Of a DNA stretch of 64,000 nt, positions 1 through 14,049 are shown in pieces (position 1 is the first letter of the stretch; each line of letters begins with the position of its first letter). The translations under genes and the position numbers were made by a program. The notes beneath the pieces were generated by a model that was given only the letters and a program-made list of their open reading frames with translations, was not told the origin of the DNA and did no database searches. The DNA lies in contig NC_068992.1 of the NCBI RefSeq assembly GCF_001194135.2, positions 52,350,081 to 52,414,080 of the forward strand, written 5' to 3'. Source of the DNA: Octopus bimaculoides. Taxonomy: Eukaryota.

Positions 1-2629
1 CTAATAACAATAAAAAAAAAATTTTGGTAAGGAAAAGCAAAACCTAATGCTTCCATTCCAGATCTTCCCAAAATGATTTGAAGACATGGTGGTTCAAAGC
101 ACCACTCCTAATTCATTTGATCTTCACACAAGTATGAAGAACTTTTCTCTACACATGGAGCCAATGTTTTTGAAGTCAAAACATGCTGATAAAGAAAATG
201 ATGTGTAGCTTCGATATTTGGAATCTCATTTTTTTATCATTGCAGAAAAAACAAATAGTAATTTAAATTTACAGTTATAGAACAATGAAGTTATTTATGT
301 GATTCATTGAATAAAAGAGTTATTTTATCAAATTAGATTTAGTCAATAATTTTTTTTCAAAAAGTGATATTACGAAAATATATACTTTTCTCTTTTGTGA
401 CACCTCCTTCAAGAGGTGCATCCTCACATCATATGATGGGAAATTTTGCTTTGTACTCTGGGAACGTTTTAGCTTTTTGATTTTCACCTTTACGTTCTTC
501 CACTAAGCACAGTATGGTTGAATACTTAAGAGATTCTCTCCACAACTACAAAGTATAGGGTTTGATTGCATTGTTTGGCATCTTTGGCAAATGTAATTTT
601 CTGAATCCTCAGCTTGTGAGTGAAACTGGATAAATGGAAACTGTATTGAAGCCTATTAGACTGATTGTACACATAATTCATAAAATATAGCTTGTCACAC
701 ACTTTGTCATGCTGAAAGATGGTGATCAACCACCCTTGTTTCTCCTTCTTTAAAAAAAAAAAAAGATTTTTTCTTCCTAAATAGGAAGCCTATGCTGAAT
801 CATTTATAAATTTAGAGAGAGACATCTCTGTAAAGTTCTACTGATAAGAAAATAGCAAACAAATCTTCTTCAAATCAAATTACTTTGACTTAATGTTTGT
901 ATATGTGGTCTGATCCACGTGTCTAAAAGAAACAGTGGTCATAGCTGCAACACCTTTGATTGTAGGTCAACAGTTTCAGATCTAATTAAGGCTTAATTGC
1001 TGACAAACTGGATGTTATTCTATTTAGGCTTTCACAGAGTTTAGCATGTTGAATTTACAATTTAAAAGAACATTTTTTTTTATGTAATCGTATTATTTAT
1101 TAATTGGTTTGTTTATTCAACTTATTTCTTTAATTCGTTTGCTGTATTTTCATTTTTATATATCAAGTAATTTATCATAGCTGGTAGACCTCATGCACTG
1201 GCTGTTATTGTTTGTAACAATCCGAAACCGATATGTAAATCCTAACACCAACCCAACGCTAACCAGTTCAGAAAAGTAGTCAGAATGATTCATGAATGAT
1301 ATGCTGTATAATATGCACGTTTCTATGCAATAAATATGTTTTCATGTGTTCCCATTCTTTAAATTGTGAATTTAGAATGCTGAATGCTGAGATCGTCCAT
1401 ATTTAATGGCAGTAGCATTAAAAAGTTATGTAAGAATAGATATGGGCTCAGAATATAAAAAAAATATATATCATAAAAAATTCAGTGAGAAATATATTTG
1501 TTTCTGGCAAATCTGAGAGACAACTCTGAACATGTTTTGACCATTTTGAAAAATAGTATTGATTTTATTAGGGAGCATGACTGGAACTGCAAACTTAATG
1601 ACAGAATTGTGGTAAAAGAAATTCACCTTTACCCGGAAGAAATCATTCATCATTGTTCAGATGTTTTCAGGGTGCTGCAATATTTTTGACAGATCAGAAA
1701 TTTCTCCCCTGTATGAAAGAATGGCTGTTTGAATGAAATATCTACGAAAAGAAAATATAGAATATTGAATGAAATATGTACTGAAAAAAATATATTGAAT
1801 GCAATTCCATAAAATATGTACTTGAATGAAAAATCATTTATGAACGAAGAATGAAATATGAAATGAAAAGAAAAAAAAATGATAGAATAGAAAGAGTAAG
1901 ACATATTTATGCTCCAACAAGTAGGAAAAGTGTTAAAAGGGAATCAAGAGTTAAAGAAAACAGAAGAAAGCAAATAATGTGCAACACTGATATATAATTG
2001 AAGACATAGTGCTGGGTAGAATGAGAAAAAAATACTCAATAAGTTGAAGGATATGAACGGATGAATGTAAGTGAAGCAACGCAATTGGAAGCGTGGATTG
2101 AATGAAAGAATATTTCTTATGTTCCTGGACATGTTCTGTTTAATGTCAAGACATGCCAAAAATATTCATACCATATTAGATGGAATCTTATAAAAACTGC
2201 AAACATTGTTAATCATTCAGGTAAGTTCAACAGCATTTATATGTTTCTTGTCTTCAACATCCTCCTCCTTATCGACATCGTTTTAAGGTCTATTTTCTAT
2301 GCTTGCCTGGGTTTGATAAAATTCATTGAGGCAGATTTTTTATGGCTGTATGCCCTTCCTGTTGCCAACACTCATTTACTTCCAAGTAAAGTAATATTTC
2401 ACCATTACTAGAAAATTGGAAATAAATGACACCGCTTTTACAAAAATATTGCATGTTTACAATTAAGATGTAATGGCAAGGCAAGGAAGTTCGCACACAC
2501 ACACACACATACATACATACACAAATACAACACACACACACACTGACAGACAATGACATGCATATAACAATCAGCGTTATCAACATAATTGCCTCCTCCT
2601 CCACCTTGTCATTATCAACATCATCATCA

Positions 2630-2740
2630 TCATCATCATTTTAATATCTACATTTCCATGCTTGTCTGGCTCCGTGCTTTTACGTGCCACCGGCACAAGG
2701 GCCAGTCACACAGTACTGGCAACGGCCACGCTCAAAAATG

Positions 2741-2772
<32 letters not shown>

Positions 2773-3035
2773 TATGTATGGCACCTGTGCCGGTGGCACA
2801 TAAAAAGCACTATTCGAGCATGGTCGATGCCAGTGCCATTTGACTAGTTCTCATGCTGGTAGCATGTAAAAGGCACCCACTACATTCTCTGGCGTTAGGG
2901 AGGTCATCCAACTGTAGAAACCTTGCCAGATGAGATTGGAGCCTGGTACAGCCTTCTGGCTTGCCAGTACTCAGTCAAACAGTGCAACACATGCCAGCAC
3001 GGAAAGCTGACATTAAACAATGGTGATGATGATAA
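2630..3035. mobile_element. Two back-to-back fragments of the RTE-clade LINE 3' UTR (minus fragment ~2630-2730, plus fragment ~2780-3035) separated by (TA)n
   Basis: Matches other copies in the window (GTGCCGGTGGCAC..AAAAAGCAC..., ending GGAAAGC.GAC.TTAAAC plus GAT repeats). Confidence 0.7.
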
Positions 3036-3044
3036 TGATTATGG

Positions 3045-3078
<34 letters not shown>

Positions 3079-3524
3079 AGTACCATTGCAGAAATTCGTA
3101 TCTTACAATTTTTTTGCTACACTATCTCCACAAATGTAAGTGTTGGTAGGTCTGCTAATTAATTTTCTCTTTCCTAATTTGTGAAGTATGACAATATTTC
3201 AGACCGTAAGCATGAGCCTTCAATATGATATAAAGTTTCCGAAGAAAATATAGCAAAAATTCTGAAGCTGTCTTCACATTCATCAACAGAAATTTATATT
3301 GGTCATCAATCTGTATTTCTTTTTTTTATTTTGTCATGTATTTGAAATATGCTTTGGCTTTTTAATATTTCATTCATTTTATAAGGTTAAACCTACGTGA
3401 CTTCCTAATTAAGATGCATATGATGTTTTATACAGGCATAAATAGACACGCACGCACACACATATACACGTACATATAGACATATCAAATATTAAGTTTA
3501 CATATTGTTTCACAGTATTTAACA

Positions 3525-3571
<47 letters not shown>

Positions 3572-4789
3572 NNNNNNNNNNNNNNNNNNNNNNNNNNNNN
3601 NNNNNNNNNNNNNNNNNNNNNNNNNNNNNNNNNNNNNNNNNNNNNNNNNNNNNNNNNNNNNNNNNNNNNNNNNNNNNNNNNNNNNNNNNNNNNNNNNNNN
3701 NNNNNNNNNNNNNNNNNNNNNNNNNNNNNNNNNNNNNNNNNNNNNNNNNNNNNNNNNNNNNNNNNNNNNNNNNNNNNNNNNNNNNNNNNNNNNNNNNNNN
3801 NNNNNNNNNNNNNNNNNNNNNNNNNNNNNNNNNNNNNNNNNNNNNNNNNNNNNNNNNNNNNNNNNNNNNNNNNNNNNNNNNNNNNNNNNNNNNNNNNNNN
3901 NNNNNNNNNNNNNNNNNNNNNNNNNNNNNNNNNNNNNNNNNNNNNNNNNNNNNNNNNNNNNNNNNNNNNNNNNNNNNNNNNNNNNNNNNNNNNNNNNNNN
4001 NNNNNNNNNNNNNNNNNNNNNNNNNNNNNNNNNNNNNNNNNTATATATATTTATATTTACACAGGTATATGTATATGCATATATATATGCATGTATGTAT
4101 ACACACACACACACACATACACACACACATACACACACACATACACACACACACACATACATCAGCTCTCTTTTATATTGTTTTCCATCTATAATTGACT
4201 GGTGATTTCTTATCTCTGTTTTCAGTTTTTGTTGACAATTTTGTTACGCAGCTTTTGATAGACAGGTTTACTAATAAAAGTTTGTATTATATTTAATATC
4301 AACATGGGTGTTATTTATTCCTGTAATGAGATATTCTCCTTGGTTATGTTATGAAAATATTACATTATGAAAATAGCATTTATAAAATTATATTTTATAA
4401 CATCATCTTGTAGTGTTTTAGAATTGTTATTTTTTCATTTTCAATTTTGTTCTTTCTCAGACTTCATATATTCTTTCTTTGGTGCTATTATGCAAAGTAT
4501 AATTGCAGGACCTGATATTCTGGTTCCTTCCCAGCAAATGCTTTTCTTGCAAAATGTTACCCAGAAAAAATTTTAAATGGATATTTATATTTGCTGCATT
4601 GATATTAGTTTTAATGTCATGTAGGGACATCGTATTTCGTTACGCAACCATTATATACCACAAACTATATTAAACATCTTTAAAAGTCGATACCATGTTC
4701 TACTGTGTTAGCAGTGCTCTTACATCACTTGTTAAGATTATCTCTGCAGATTTTCTATACAAATTACAGCCAGCACTGATTTTGTAATA

Positions 4790-5495
4790 ACATTTGAAAT
4801 TTGAAATCTGAAATTGAAATCGAACTGAATCCGACGACTGGCATCCCTGCCAACCTCTCTTTCATTGGACACTAAACTCTGCTTGCAAAGACCTGTTGGG
4901 GCAAGTGAAATTGTAATTGAACCATACTCGATGACTGGCACCTGCGCCAGTGGAGCACTAGCAGCACTGTCCGAGTGTGTTCAATGCTAGAGCAGCTGTC
5001 TGGCTTCTGTGTTAGTGGCCCATAAATAGCACCATTTGAGAGTAATCGTTACCAGCGTCACCTTCTAGCACTTGTGCTGGTGGCACGTTAGAAAATCATT
5101 CAAGTGAGGTCGTTGTCAGTGCCGCTTGACTGGCTCCCGTGCAGGTGGCACGTAAAAAGCACCTTTTTGAGTGTGACCGTTGCCAGTACCATGTGACTGG
5201 CCCTCGTGCCAGTGGCACATAAAAGCACCCACTACATTCTTGGAGTTGTTGGCATTAGGAAGGGCATCCAGCTGCAGAAACTCTGCCACATCAGATTGGA
5301 GCCTGGTGCAGCNNNNNNNNNNTACATTCTTGGAGTTGTTGGCATTAGGAAGGGCATCCAGCTGCAGAAACTCTGCCACATCAGATTGGAGCCTGGTGCA
5401 GCCTTCTGGCTTGCCAGTCCTCAGTCAAATCGCCCAACCCTTGCTAGCATGGAAAGCAGACGTTAAACGATGATGATGATGATGATGATGATTTC
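4790..5495 (+). mobile_element. 5'-truncated RTE-clade LINE 3' UTR with internal ~65-bp tandem units and (GAT)n tail
   Basis: Homologous to 42150-42838, which carries an RTE ORF2 C-terminus; ends GGAAAGCAGACGTTAAAC(GAT)n. 5233-5312 is duplicated at 5323-5402 across a 10-N gap. Confidence 0.8.
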
Positions 5496-5720
5496 ATATC
5501 TGAGATGCTAGATGTAAAGAACTGTGAGATTGAAGATGAAAAATGGGTAATGGGCGTATATGACAGACTTCAAGGGTTTTTTCCTCTTTTATCAGTACCC
5601 ATCATCGCACACCATAAACATGAATGCACACACAAACATGAACACAGACACACAAATGCACACATACACAGAGACATGCACACACTCACAAACACACACA
5701 CAAACACACACACACACACT

Positions 5721-6125
5721 TGATGATGATGATGATGATGATGACGATGATGACAACAATGATGATGATGATGATGATGTTGACAATAATGACAATGACG
5801 ATGATGATGGTGATGATGATGGCTCATTAATGAATTTTGTGGTGTGCAATGATGACGAAGATGATGACGACGACGATAATGACGCTGATGACGACGATGA
5901 TGACGACAATGACAATGATGATGATGATGACGATGGTGAAGTTGATGATGATGATGATGACGACAATGATGTTGATGACAATGATGACGGTGATGATGAT
6001 GGTAATTATGATGAAGATGATGATCATGACAATGATGATGATGAGGACGATCATGCTGACAATGATGTGATGATGATGATGATGAAGACAATGGCGATGA
6101 TGATGATGATGATGATGATGATAAC
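5721..6125. repeat. Compound (GAT/GAC/AAT)n trinucleotide microsatellite
   Basis: Directly visible; explains the poly-D, poly-S, poly-H and poly-M ORFs. Confidence 0.95.
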
Positions 6126-6370
6126 ATAGACAAAATTTTATACCACTACATTATATACATACATAAATGAATGTTGAGATAGTTCTTTCACTAAATGGTA
6201 CTTACTGTATTTGCTCACAGTTAGCAGGAATACGATGATGTCTTTTATTAGAATAAATCATTGAAGAAGTAATGAAATATGAACTCATGATCCTTCAATA
6301 TGATATGTTGTTTTAACTTGGGGCAATTGCATTCCATTATGTTTTCCATAACTCATTCTTTTGATATCAG

Positions 6371-6393
6371 TGCCATTACTTGGAAGAAATTTG
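6371..6393 (+). CDS. Candidate 23-nt exon (AITWKKF if phase 2 to 1)
   Basis: Acceptor ATTCTTTTGATATCAG and donor TTG|GTAAGT; splice signals only, no homology. Confidence 0.2.
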
Positions 6394-7134
6394 GTAAGTA
6401 CTCATTATCCCACTTGTCGTTATTGTTGTTGTCGTTTTTGCAGGTAGATGTGGTGATTGCTGCAGTGGAGCTGGCGATGGTGACGGCAAATGCTGCTCGT
6501 CGCCATCATGGTGATAATGATAACGATTATGGTAGATTATGGTAGTTCCAAGCAGCATCCATTTCCTGTGTTTATATGGAGATGATGGAGAGGCAGGTAT
6601 ATTCCTAGCGAAGCACGGATTGGCAGTGGATGGTTAATTTTACGAACCAGTTGCTTCATTCCTAACAACCATCTCAGTTAGACATTCACATAAATAAACT
6701 CAAAAATAGAAGCAAACAAACAGTAAATGAGATATTTTACAGTATTTATTTCAAGAGAAATATCAGGAATAACGTTCTGTAATATTCTGATTTATTACCT
6801 CGAAAATATTTATTATGCAATAAAGGAATATGAAATATAATTTCCAATGATGATATCAAAGTCACTTTGCCATGGCTTCGCACAATAAGTGTGTTGTTAA
6901 ATTAATGGTAAGGTTCTCTGGGATTTGGTGAATCTGGCAATGAAGAATGATATAGCTTTTATTAAAGTAAGAATAAAGGGTATTACTATTTCAAGGAAAG
7001 GAACAGGAAGATATTGTCGAGCTTCTTGGCAGATCTTTGCACCAAAGTCCTAAGCATTTGAATGAATAAATTTAGAGCTGCTAATTTCCATCATATTAAT
7101 GTATTAAAATTTGATATACATGCTCCATGATACA

Positions 7135-7285
7135 TGTGGTGAAGGTGAGTGGCTTAGTGATTAGGGTGTTGCACTCGTGATCATAAGATTGTGGTTTCAA
7201 TTCCTGGAGTGGGTGATGTGTTGCTTCCTTGAGTAGCACATTTCATTTCATGTTACTCCAGTTCACAGTAATGGCAAAAATGATT
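7135..7285 (+). mobile_element. tRNA-headed SINE, family E, 5' part
   Basis: GTGAAGGTGAGTGGCTTAGTGATTAGG (A-box-like), GGTTTCAATTCC (B-box-like), then CCTTGAG..GCAC.TTCATTTCA shared with 14050, 44900, 58280, 61770 and 63630. Confidence 0.6.
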
Positions 7286-7524
7286 TATTGAGATCGCATG
7301 GTTCACTAGTTTCTCATTCTGTATGCCATTTGAGAAATGCTGTAAGGGTTATATACATTAAGTTGTGCAACAATATATGTAAGCGAACTCATTTGTTTTT
7401 TGAAAGCATCAAATGTGTATCCTATTGTACAGACAAGAAAATAATATTTTAAACACAGTATAGCCATGATAACAACAGAAAGATTGGTTATTTACCCTTA
7501 TATGATGGAAAATTTTGCCAACAG

Positions 7525-7596
7525 ACAACCATGGGACTTGAACCCGTACCTCTGAGATGCCAGTTTAGTGCTCTACCATTAAGTTAAACTGCCTGC
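7525..7596 (-). pseudogene. Decayed tRNA-like sequence (tRNA pseudogene or isolated SINE head)
   Basis: Minus strand reads GGCAGTTTAACTTAATGGTAGAGCAC...GGGTTCAAGTCCCATGG, with A-box and B-box motifs at tRNA spacing; stems are imperfect. Confidence 0.45.
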
Positions 7597-7632
7597 TGAT
7601 AACAATCTCTGCCAAATTAAACAGTAAATACA

Positions 7633-7920
7633 TACTCTCGTTTACTTATTTCAGTCATTTGACTGTGGGCATGCTGGAGCACCGCTTTTAGTTGAGCAAA
7701 TCGACCCCAGGACATATTCTTTGTAAGCCTAGTACTTATTCTATCGGTCTCTTTTGCTGAACTGCTAAGTTACGGGGATGTAAACACACCAGCATCGGTT
7801 GTCAAGCGATGGTCTGGGGGANNNNNNNNNNGCTGAACTGCTAAGTTACGGGGATGTAAACACACCAGCATCGGTTGTCAAGCGATGGTCTGGGGGACAA
7901 ACACAGACACACACATACAT
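7633..7920 (-). mobile_element. SINE family A, 3' half (partly duplicated across a short N gap)
   Basis: Reverse complement of the 3' half of the full copies at 34667 and 60979. Confidence 0.8.
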
Positions 7921-8408
7921 ATACATTAAGTTGTGCAACAATATATGTAAGCGAACTCATTTGTTTTTTGAAAGCATCAAATGTGTATCCTATTGTACAG
8001 ACAAGAAAATAATATTTTAAGCACAGTATAGCCATGATAACAACAGAAAGATTGGTTATTAACCCTTACAGCATTTCTCAAATGGCATACAGAATGAGAA
8101 ACTAGTGAACCATGCGATCTCAATAAATCATTTTTGCCATTACTGTGAACTGGAGTAACATGAAATGAAATGTGCTACTCAAGGAAGCAACACATCACCC
8201 ACTCCAGGAATTGCGCGAACTCTTGCTTAAAACCCTATAGCTATTAGATAACGTCTTAGTTTTTCAGTTTGAATTACGGAAAAANNNNNNNNNNTGTGGC
8301 TGGTAAGCAAGCTACTTACCACACAGCCACTCCTGTGCCTATTATTTTAAATGCAACAACATATGTAAACAAACAATTTTTTGTTTTTAGAAGTGTCGAA
8401 TGTGCATC

Positions 8409-8588
8409 GTATCACACAGACAAGAAAATAATATTGCGAATGCAGTAGAGCCATGAAAATATCAGAAGGATTTGGTAGTGGCTGTCTGTTGACAACTTTT
8501 CCATGATATTAGTGTAAAATGCCCAATTTTTCTGCTGTATTCATGGCTATACTGCATCCGAAATATTACTTTCTGGTCGGTATGATAC
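8409..8588. mobile_element. Foldback/MITE-like element with 59-bp inverted arms
   Basis: 8409-8467 vs reverse complement of 8530-8588: 49/59 identical by manual alignment; a related left arm lies at ~7410-7480. Confidence 0.55.
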
Positions 8589-8750
8589 AATAAATAGTGT
8601 TCTGTGGAAGTTATCTTTTGACAAGCAGATGTAAAGCTTGCTGAAATGATGCAATGTATTAATGATCAATACAACATTAGATCAGCATCTGTCCAAGGTT
8701 AATGCTACATTCCATGCTATTATCTCACTAAAGCTAAATCTTCTCAACAG

Positions 8751-8813
8751 ATAGGAAGGATCGAAAAACCACATATATTACTTACCATGAACATGTGTTA
8801 GAGTTTAGAAAAG
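8751..8813 (+). CDS. Candidate 63-nt phase 1-1 exon (xRKDRKTTYITYHEHVLEFRK)
   Basis: Acceptor AAATCTTCTCAACAG, donor AAG|GTATAT, length divisible by 3, open in phase 1; no recognisable homology. Confidence 0.35.
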
Positions 8814-10304
8814 GTATATAGGATGATTCTTAAAGACTGGAATCATGACACATCTAAAAGTTCTAATCAGAGGTTAAACAGTAGAGGCAAGAATGGCGAG
8901 AAAATGGAAATTATATGTCACAATGAGATAAGATTTCCATTAGAAGCAACAAAAATCCACAATAGAGATTACAGAAAATAAATGATACTGTGGATATAAC
9001 AAACACTAGCCGAGTATCTAATCTGTAAATCTATCACTGAGTCCAGCTCAGTGTACCTGTTACTAATAAAAATGAGTTTCAGTAGCCCTTAAATACAAAT
9101 AAATCTGTATAACATCTCTGTAACATTTGGGGATAAAGGCATTGAATCTTTGCTTGTAATGTGAGTTTAATATCAGCCTTAACAACCGGGGAAAAGTCTC
9201 CATGAGATTGTTGCTTAAATTACTAGAAATAACAGCTAAATTTCTCCTGGATTACATTGCACCACCTTCAAAATTGACTCATTTGAATAATGTTGTCTGA
9301 GACACACTGCCGAAAGAATAATCAAATGTCCCAAAAGGTCATTTTTAACAAACCTTACAGTTTGCATCCAGGTTTAAGAGACTGGTGCACCACATCACTT
9401 CATATTTTAAAATGGAACTAAAAGGGATGGAAACTGGAGGGAAATCATTAAAAAAAAGTAGTTAATATAGATGGATAAAAGATTGAAAAGAAACAATTTT
9501 TGACTGCAACAGCATGGGAGCATCTAGTCATGTGGGGGATCAATTTGATCATACATTGTACAATGCAATAGTACAGTGGATTCTCTGCTAGGTTCGCTGG
9601 TGAATAATCTGTTAGGTCGGTTGGATGCTTAGATGACTAGTACATTGTAGCAAGCTAGTAAGAACAAGAGAGAGAGAGAGACAGACAGACAGACAAATTG
9701 ACAGACAGAGATGGAGGGAATGAGAGGGAGAAACTTATCTCATTAATGGACTGGTACATTATTTATTAATTCCAAAGGGATGAAAGCCAAGTGTGACCTT
9801 GCTGGGATTTGACTTCAGAATACAGAATGTTAGAACAAACGTCATAACACATTCTGTCCAGTGGTATAACAACTGTTCCGCCAGTTTGTTCCTGTTAGTG
9901 TAATTATAGATACATTACGTCTGAATAAATAATGGCATGATCTTGATTAGGTTGCCTTTGATCATTGCTCTACTTAATCAGCTTCGACCTTAGAAACAAC
10001 AAGAACATAACTATAAAAGCAATGACAACAACAACAACAGCGTCATCATCAGCCATCCATCAAAACAAGAATGCAATATTTGATGATTGTATTTGCCAAT
10101 CATGTGCAGAGAGAAATGAAACATTAACACCTGTCTTAGGACAGTATTTGTTTCTGGCATAAAATGGTAAATATGTTACGCAGGGTCTTCTTTGAAAGAA
10201 TATTCTACAATAAAAAGGAAAATCACACAAAAATGGTTAAATATGTGTGTGTGTGTAGGTGTGTGTACATGTGTGTGTTTGTGGTGAGGTGTTGGTGTTC
10301 ATAT

Positions 10305-10535
10305 ACTCTTTTAACTCTTTTACTTGTTTCAGTTATTTGACTGTGGCCATGCTGGAGTACCACCTTTAGTCGTGCAAATTGACCCCGGGACTTATTCTTT
10401 GTAAGCCTAGTACTTATTCTATCGGTTTCTTTTGCCGAACCGCTAAGTTACCGGGACGTAAACACACCAGCATTGGTTGTCAAGCGATGTTCGGGGGACA
10501 AACACAGACACACAAACATATACCTACATACATAT
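10305..10535 (-). mobile_element. SINE family A, 3' half, running into an N gap at its internal microsatellite
   Basis: Homology to 34667-35087. Confidence 0.8.
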
Positions 10536-10935
10536 NNNNNNNNNNNNNNNNNNNNNNNNNNNNNNNNNNNNNNNNNNNNNNNNNNNNNNNNNNNNNNNNN
10601 NNNNNNNNNNNNNNNNNNNNNNNNNNNNNNNNNNNNNNNNNNNNNNNNNNNNNNNNNNNNNNNNNNNNNNNNNNNNNNNNNNNNNNNNNNNNNNNNNNNN
10701 NNNNNNNNNNNNNNNNNNNNNNNNNNNNNNNNNNNNNNNNNNNNNNNNNNNNNNNNNNNNNNNNNNNNNNNNNNNNNNNNNNNNNNNNNNNNNNNNNNNN
10801 NNNNNNNNNNNNNNNNNNNNNNNNNNNNNNNNNNNNNNNNNNNNNNNNNNNNNNNNNNNNNNNNNNNNNNNNNNNNNNNNNNNNNNNNNNNNNNNNNNNN
10901 NNNNNNNNNNNNNNNNNNNNNNNNNNNNNNNNNNN

Positions 10936-10990
<55 letters not shown>

Positions 10991-11514
10991 ATGCACGTAT
11001 GTGTAAGTTTTATAGGAACAGGAAAAAAAAATTACTGTATGGTGAAGGAGTTTGGTTTGTAGCGATCAGGGTTCCAGGTTTGCACCCACTGGATAGTATG
11101 TTGGTGGTGCATCCAAAGTAAAGTTTTCTTGCATAAAATTAGAGACAAGAGTAAACAAAACAAAAGCAAAACAAGCAAAACAACACAGAGTGTGATTTAG
11201 GACAGTGGATAAGGACGAACAGTCGAAGAAAATATGGCCTAGGGCCAAGGAGACGAGAATTGTGGGTAACACTTATAAAATGCTTTTAAGAATGGAGAAG
11301 ATAGATAGATATACACTTTATTTGTGTGTCAAGGCTACCTTCGGTTTCATGCTAAGGAATACATCAACAATTATCAAAGATTATCACATGGAACATCAAT
11401 GTTCATCTCCATTTAATGGAGAAAAAGTCAATGTATGTGTGTGTGTGTGTGTATGCATGTCTGTATGTATGTGTGTGTGTATGTGTGTGTGTGCGTATAT
11501 ATATATATATATTC

Positions 11515-11545
<31 letters not shown>

Positions 11546-11744
11546 TACACAATAAACCTCCTCACAATTTCTTTCTATGAAATTCACTCATAAGACCTTT
11601 ATTGGCTTGGAGTCATACTAGAAGACACACAAAATGCCATGCCCTGGGATTGAACACAAAACCACATGGCTGCAAAGCCAGCTTCTGAACCACCGAGCTA
11701 TGTCTGTGCTTTGTGTGTGCATGCATGTATCTGTATGTATAGGA

Positions 11745-11966
11745 AATCTCCATAAATATACACATGAATACATACATACATACATAGGCATACATACATA
11801 CATAAATACATACATAGGCATACATACGTACATACATACATACACACATACATACATACATACATGCAATCATGCATACATACATACATATATACATACA
11901 TACATACATACATAAGCATACATACATACATACGTACATACATACATACATACATACATACATACA
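11745..11966. repeat. (ATAC)n tetranucleotide microsatellite, imperfect
   Basis: Directly visible. Confidence 0.9.
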
Positions 11967-13534
11967 TGTTGAAACTGCAGATAACCATTATAGAAGCAGG
12001 TATACATTAATAACCTCATGTAAAAGAGAAAATTCTGACAAGGTCTCCTGCCTACCAGAACATTTTCAAAAATTTTTTCTTCCTCTTTTTATTTTATTTT
12101 TTTTTTTTCATATGTTTTACTATTATTATCGTTATTATTCTTTTTTTTCTTGTCTTTCCTGTCAATATAAATTTCTTTCTGTAGAAACTGAGAATTAATA
12201 ATTTAATCAGTGTAAGGTGCTAACCTCACTGACAATTCATAGAAATGATTACTCTAAAATCATTGATTGTTCACAAACTGACTGCAAATAGAAACTGGAT
12301 TGGAAAACAGTAAATTAAATATTTTTCTTATATTTAGCAGAAACGATGTCGGTATCGCAGTAGCATGTTATAAAACATCATTGAACTAAAATATAGAACG
12401 TGCTAGAAAGGTTAACTGAAACAGATTTTTCATTCATTGCTCCACTGACCAAATCTGAAAGAATATTCCTTCTTAAACTGGCAGTTTACCATTTCTCATT
12501 TGTTTTATCTATAATATAATGTCTTATCATGATAGAAGCCAAGCAACATAGGAAACCTCATATACACTTTTGTTGTTTTACACAGATTGTGGCTATGCTG
12601 GAGCTGTATTGTAAATGTTGCTTTCTATTTTTTTTTATTCTGTCAGTTATATCAATTCCGGTCGTGATTTTTTTTTTTTAAATGGTACTTATTTTATCAC
12701 TCACTATTGGTCAGATGCTAAGTTACAGGACATATATGCAGATTGATTCTTTTAAGAGGGAACATAAACATAGACATAGAAATAAACAAACACATATACA
12801 AACATGCAAATTCATACACACATGCTCACACACACATGCACATGCATGCACATACACTCACACACACACACACATGCACACACACGTGCTGACAGAAATA
12901 ATGGGTTATTTTTGTTTATATATCGAATATAAATATCGCAGAAAGGGAAACAACTCTGTTTAATCAAATGAATAACATCGAATCAAATAAAGATTCTGCT
13001 AGAAAGAGAAGTAATATAACTTTATTGTATGAAAGTGTAAATAATGATAAAGAATTTCGGAAAAAAAAATTTGGTTTTACCCCTAACAATCAAATTAATA
13101 AGAAATCTGAGTGAAGTATATGAAATAATCTCTGAAATTGTTGTAAACAAAACTCGTGTTCTATCAATAATAAATGCAGAACAAAGAATGTAGTTACATC
13201 AGAGGGAACTGAATACTTTTACATCAGTGCAACTTCACTTAATCCCCAAAAAGACTGACTAATCATTTAAATTCGTTTAGAAATAGAAATAAAAAAGTTC
13301 AAACAAGTCTAAGTAAATTAATCTGGTGTATTAAAGATAGAAATAAGAAGTATACTATCCATTAGGAATTAATTAGTACTGCTAAGCCTTATAGAACAGG
13401 GACAAATAAATGTGTCTTATGTATAGAAGAATTTTACCAGATTTTTATATTAGAGTATAATTTAATAAATTCTAGGCAAGAACAAGGTTTAAGATGCTTG
13501 CATATGAAAAATGCACCTTTAAACAATATAAATA

Positions 13535-13940
13535 CAGGAGCACTTCGTTGGTTACGATGACAAGGTCCCAGCTGATATGATCAATGGAACAGATTGCTCG
13601 TGAAATTAACGTGCAAGTGGCTGAGCACTCCACAGACACGTGTACCCTTAAAGTAGTTCTCAGGGAGATTCAGTGTGACGCAGAGTGTGACAAGGCTAGT
13701 CCTTTGAAATTGTGTGACACCTTGGGCAAGTGTCTTCTACTATAGCCTCAGGCCAACCAAAACCCTGTGAGTGGATTTGGTAGATGGAAACTATATGCAA
13801 CTGGTACTTAATTTATCAACCCCAAAAGGATGAAAGGCAGAGTCACTCTGGTGGAATTTGAACTGAGAATGTAAAGACAAACAAAATACCACTAAGCATT
13901 CCAACTGGTGTGTTAACGTTTCTGCCAGCTCATCACCTTG
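13535..13940. mobile_element. Cluster of SINE fragments: family C 3' part (-), family A fragment (+), family D (-)
   Basis: Segments match 31278-31659, 34667-35087 and 56883-57100 respectively. Confidence 0.7.
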
Positions 13941-14049
13941 AGAGTTTGGAGTTCGGAAATTTCTTGCTGAACAACCATGCAGATGATTTGTTTATAGTGA
14001 TCAAATGTTTATGTACACATAAGCTCACTCCTTTCATCAAATCGACATT

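Noticed and set aside
1380-2220. Protein-like reading (63-aa ORF at 1498-1689; RNWKRGLNERIFLMFLDMFCLMSR near 2080) and a donor at 2221
   Set aside because: Interrupted by many stops and no family recognised; may be ancient transposon coding debris but cannot be supported.
4930-5230. Regular ~65-bp repeats resembling a CRISPR-like array
   Set aside because: Whole units are diverged tandem copies without unique spacers, lie inside a LINE 3' UTR, and there are no cas genes in this eukaryotic context.
5233-5402. 80-bp exact tandem duplication around 10 N (similar cases at ~7775-7870 and 41501-41962)
   Set aside because: Typical unmerged contig overlap at scaffold gaps; not biological evidence.
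5560-6133. 189-aa Asp-rich ORF and overlapping poly-Ser/His/Met ORFs
   Set aside because: Open in several frames on both strands because they are a (GAT)n microsatellite; no splice or codon evidence.
8786-8853. Minus-strand segment with strong acceptor and GTAAGT donor
   Set aside because: All three frames contain stops; shows that splice-like pairs arise by chance here.
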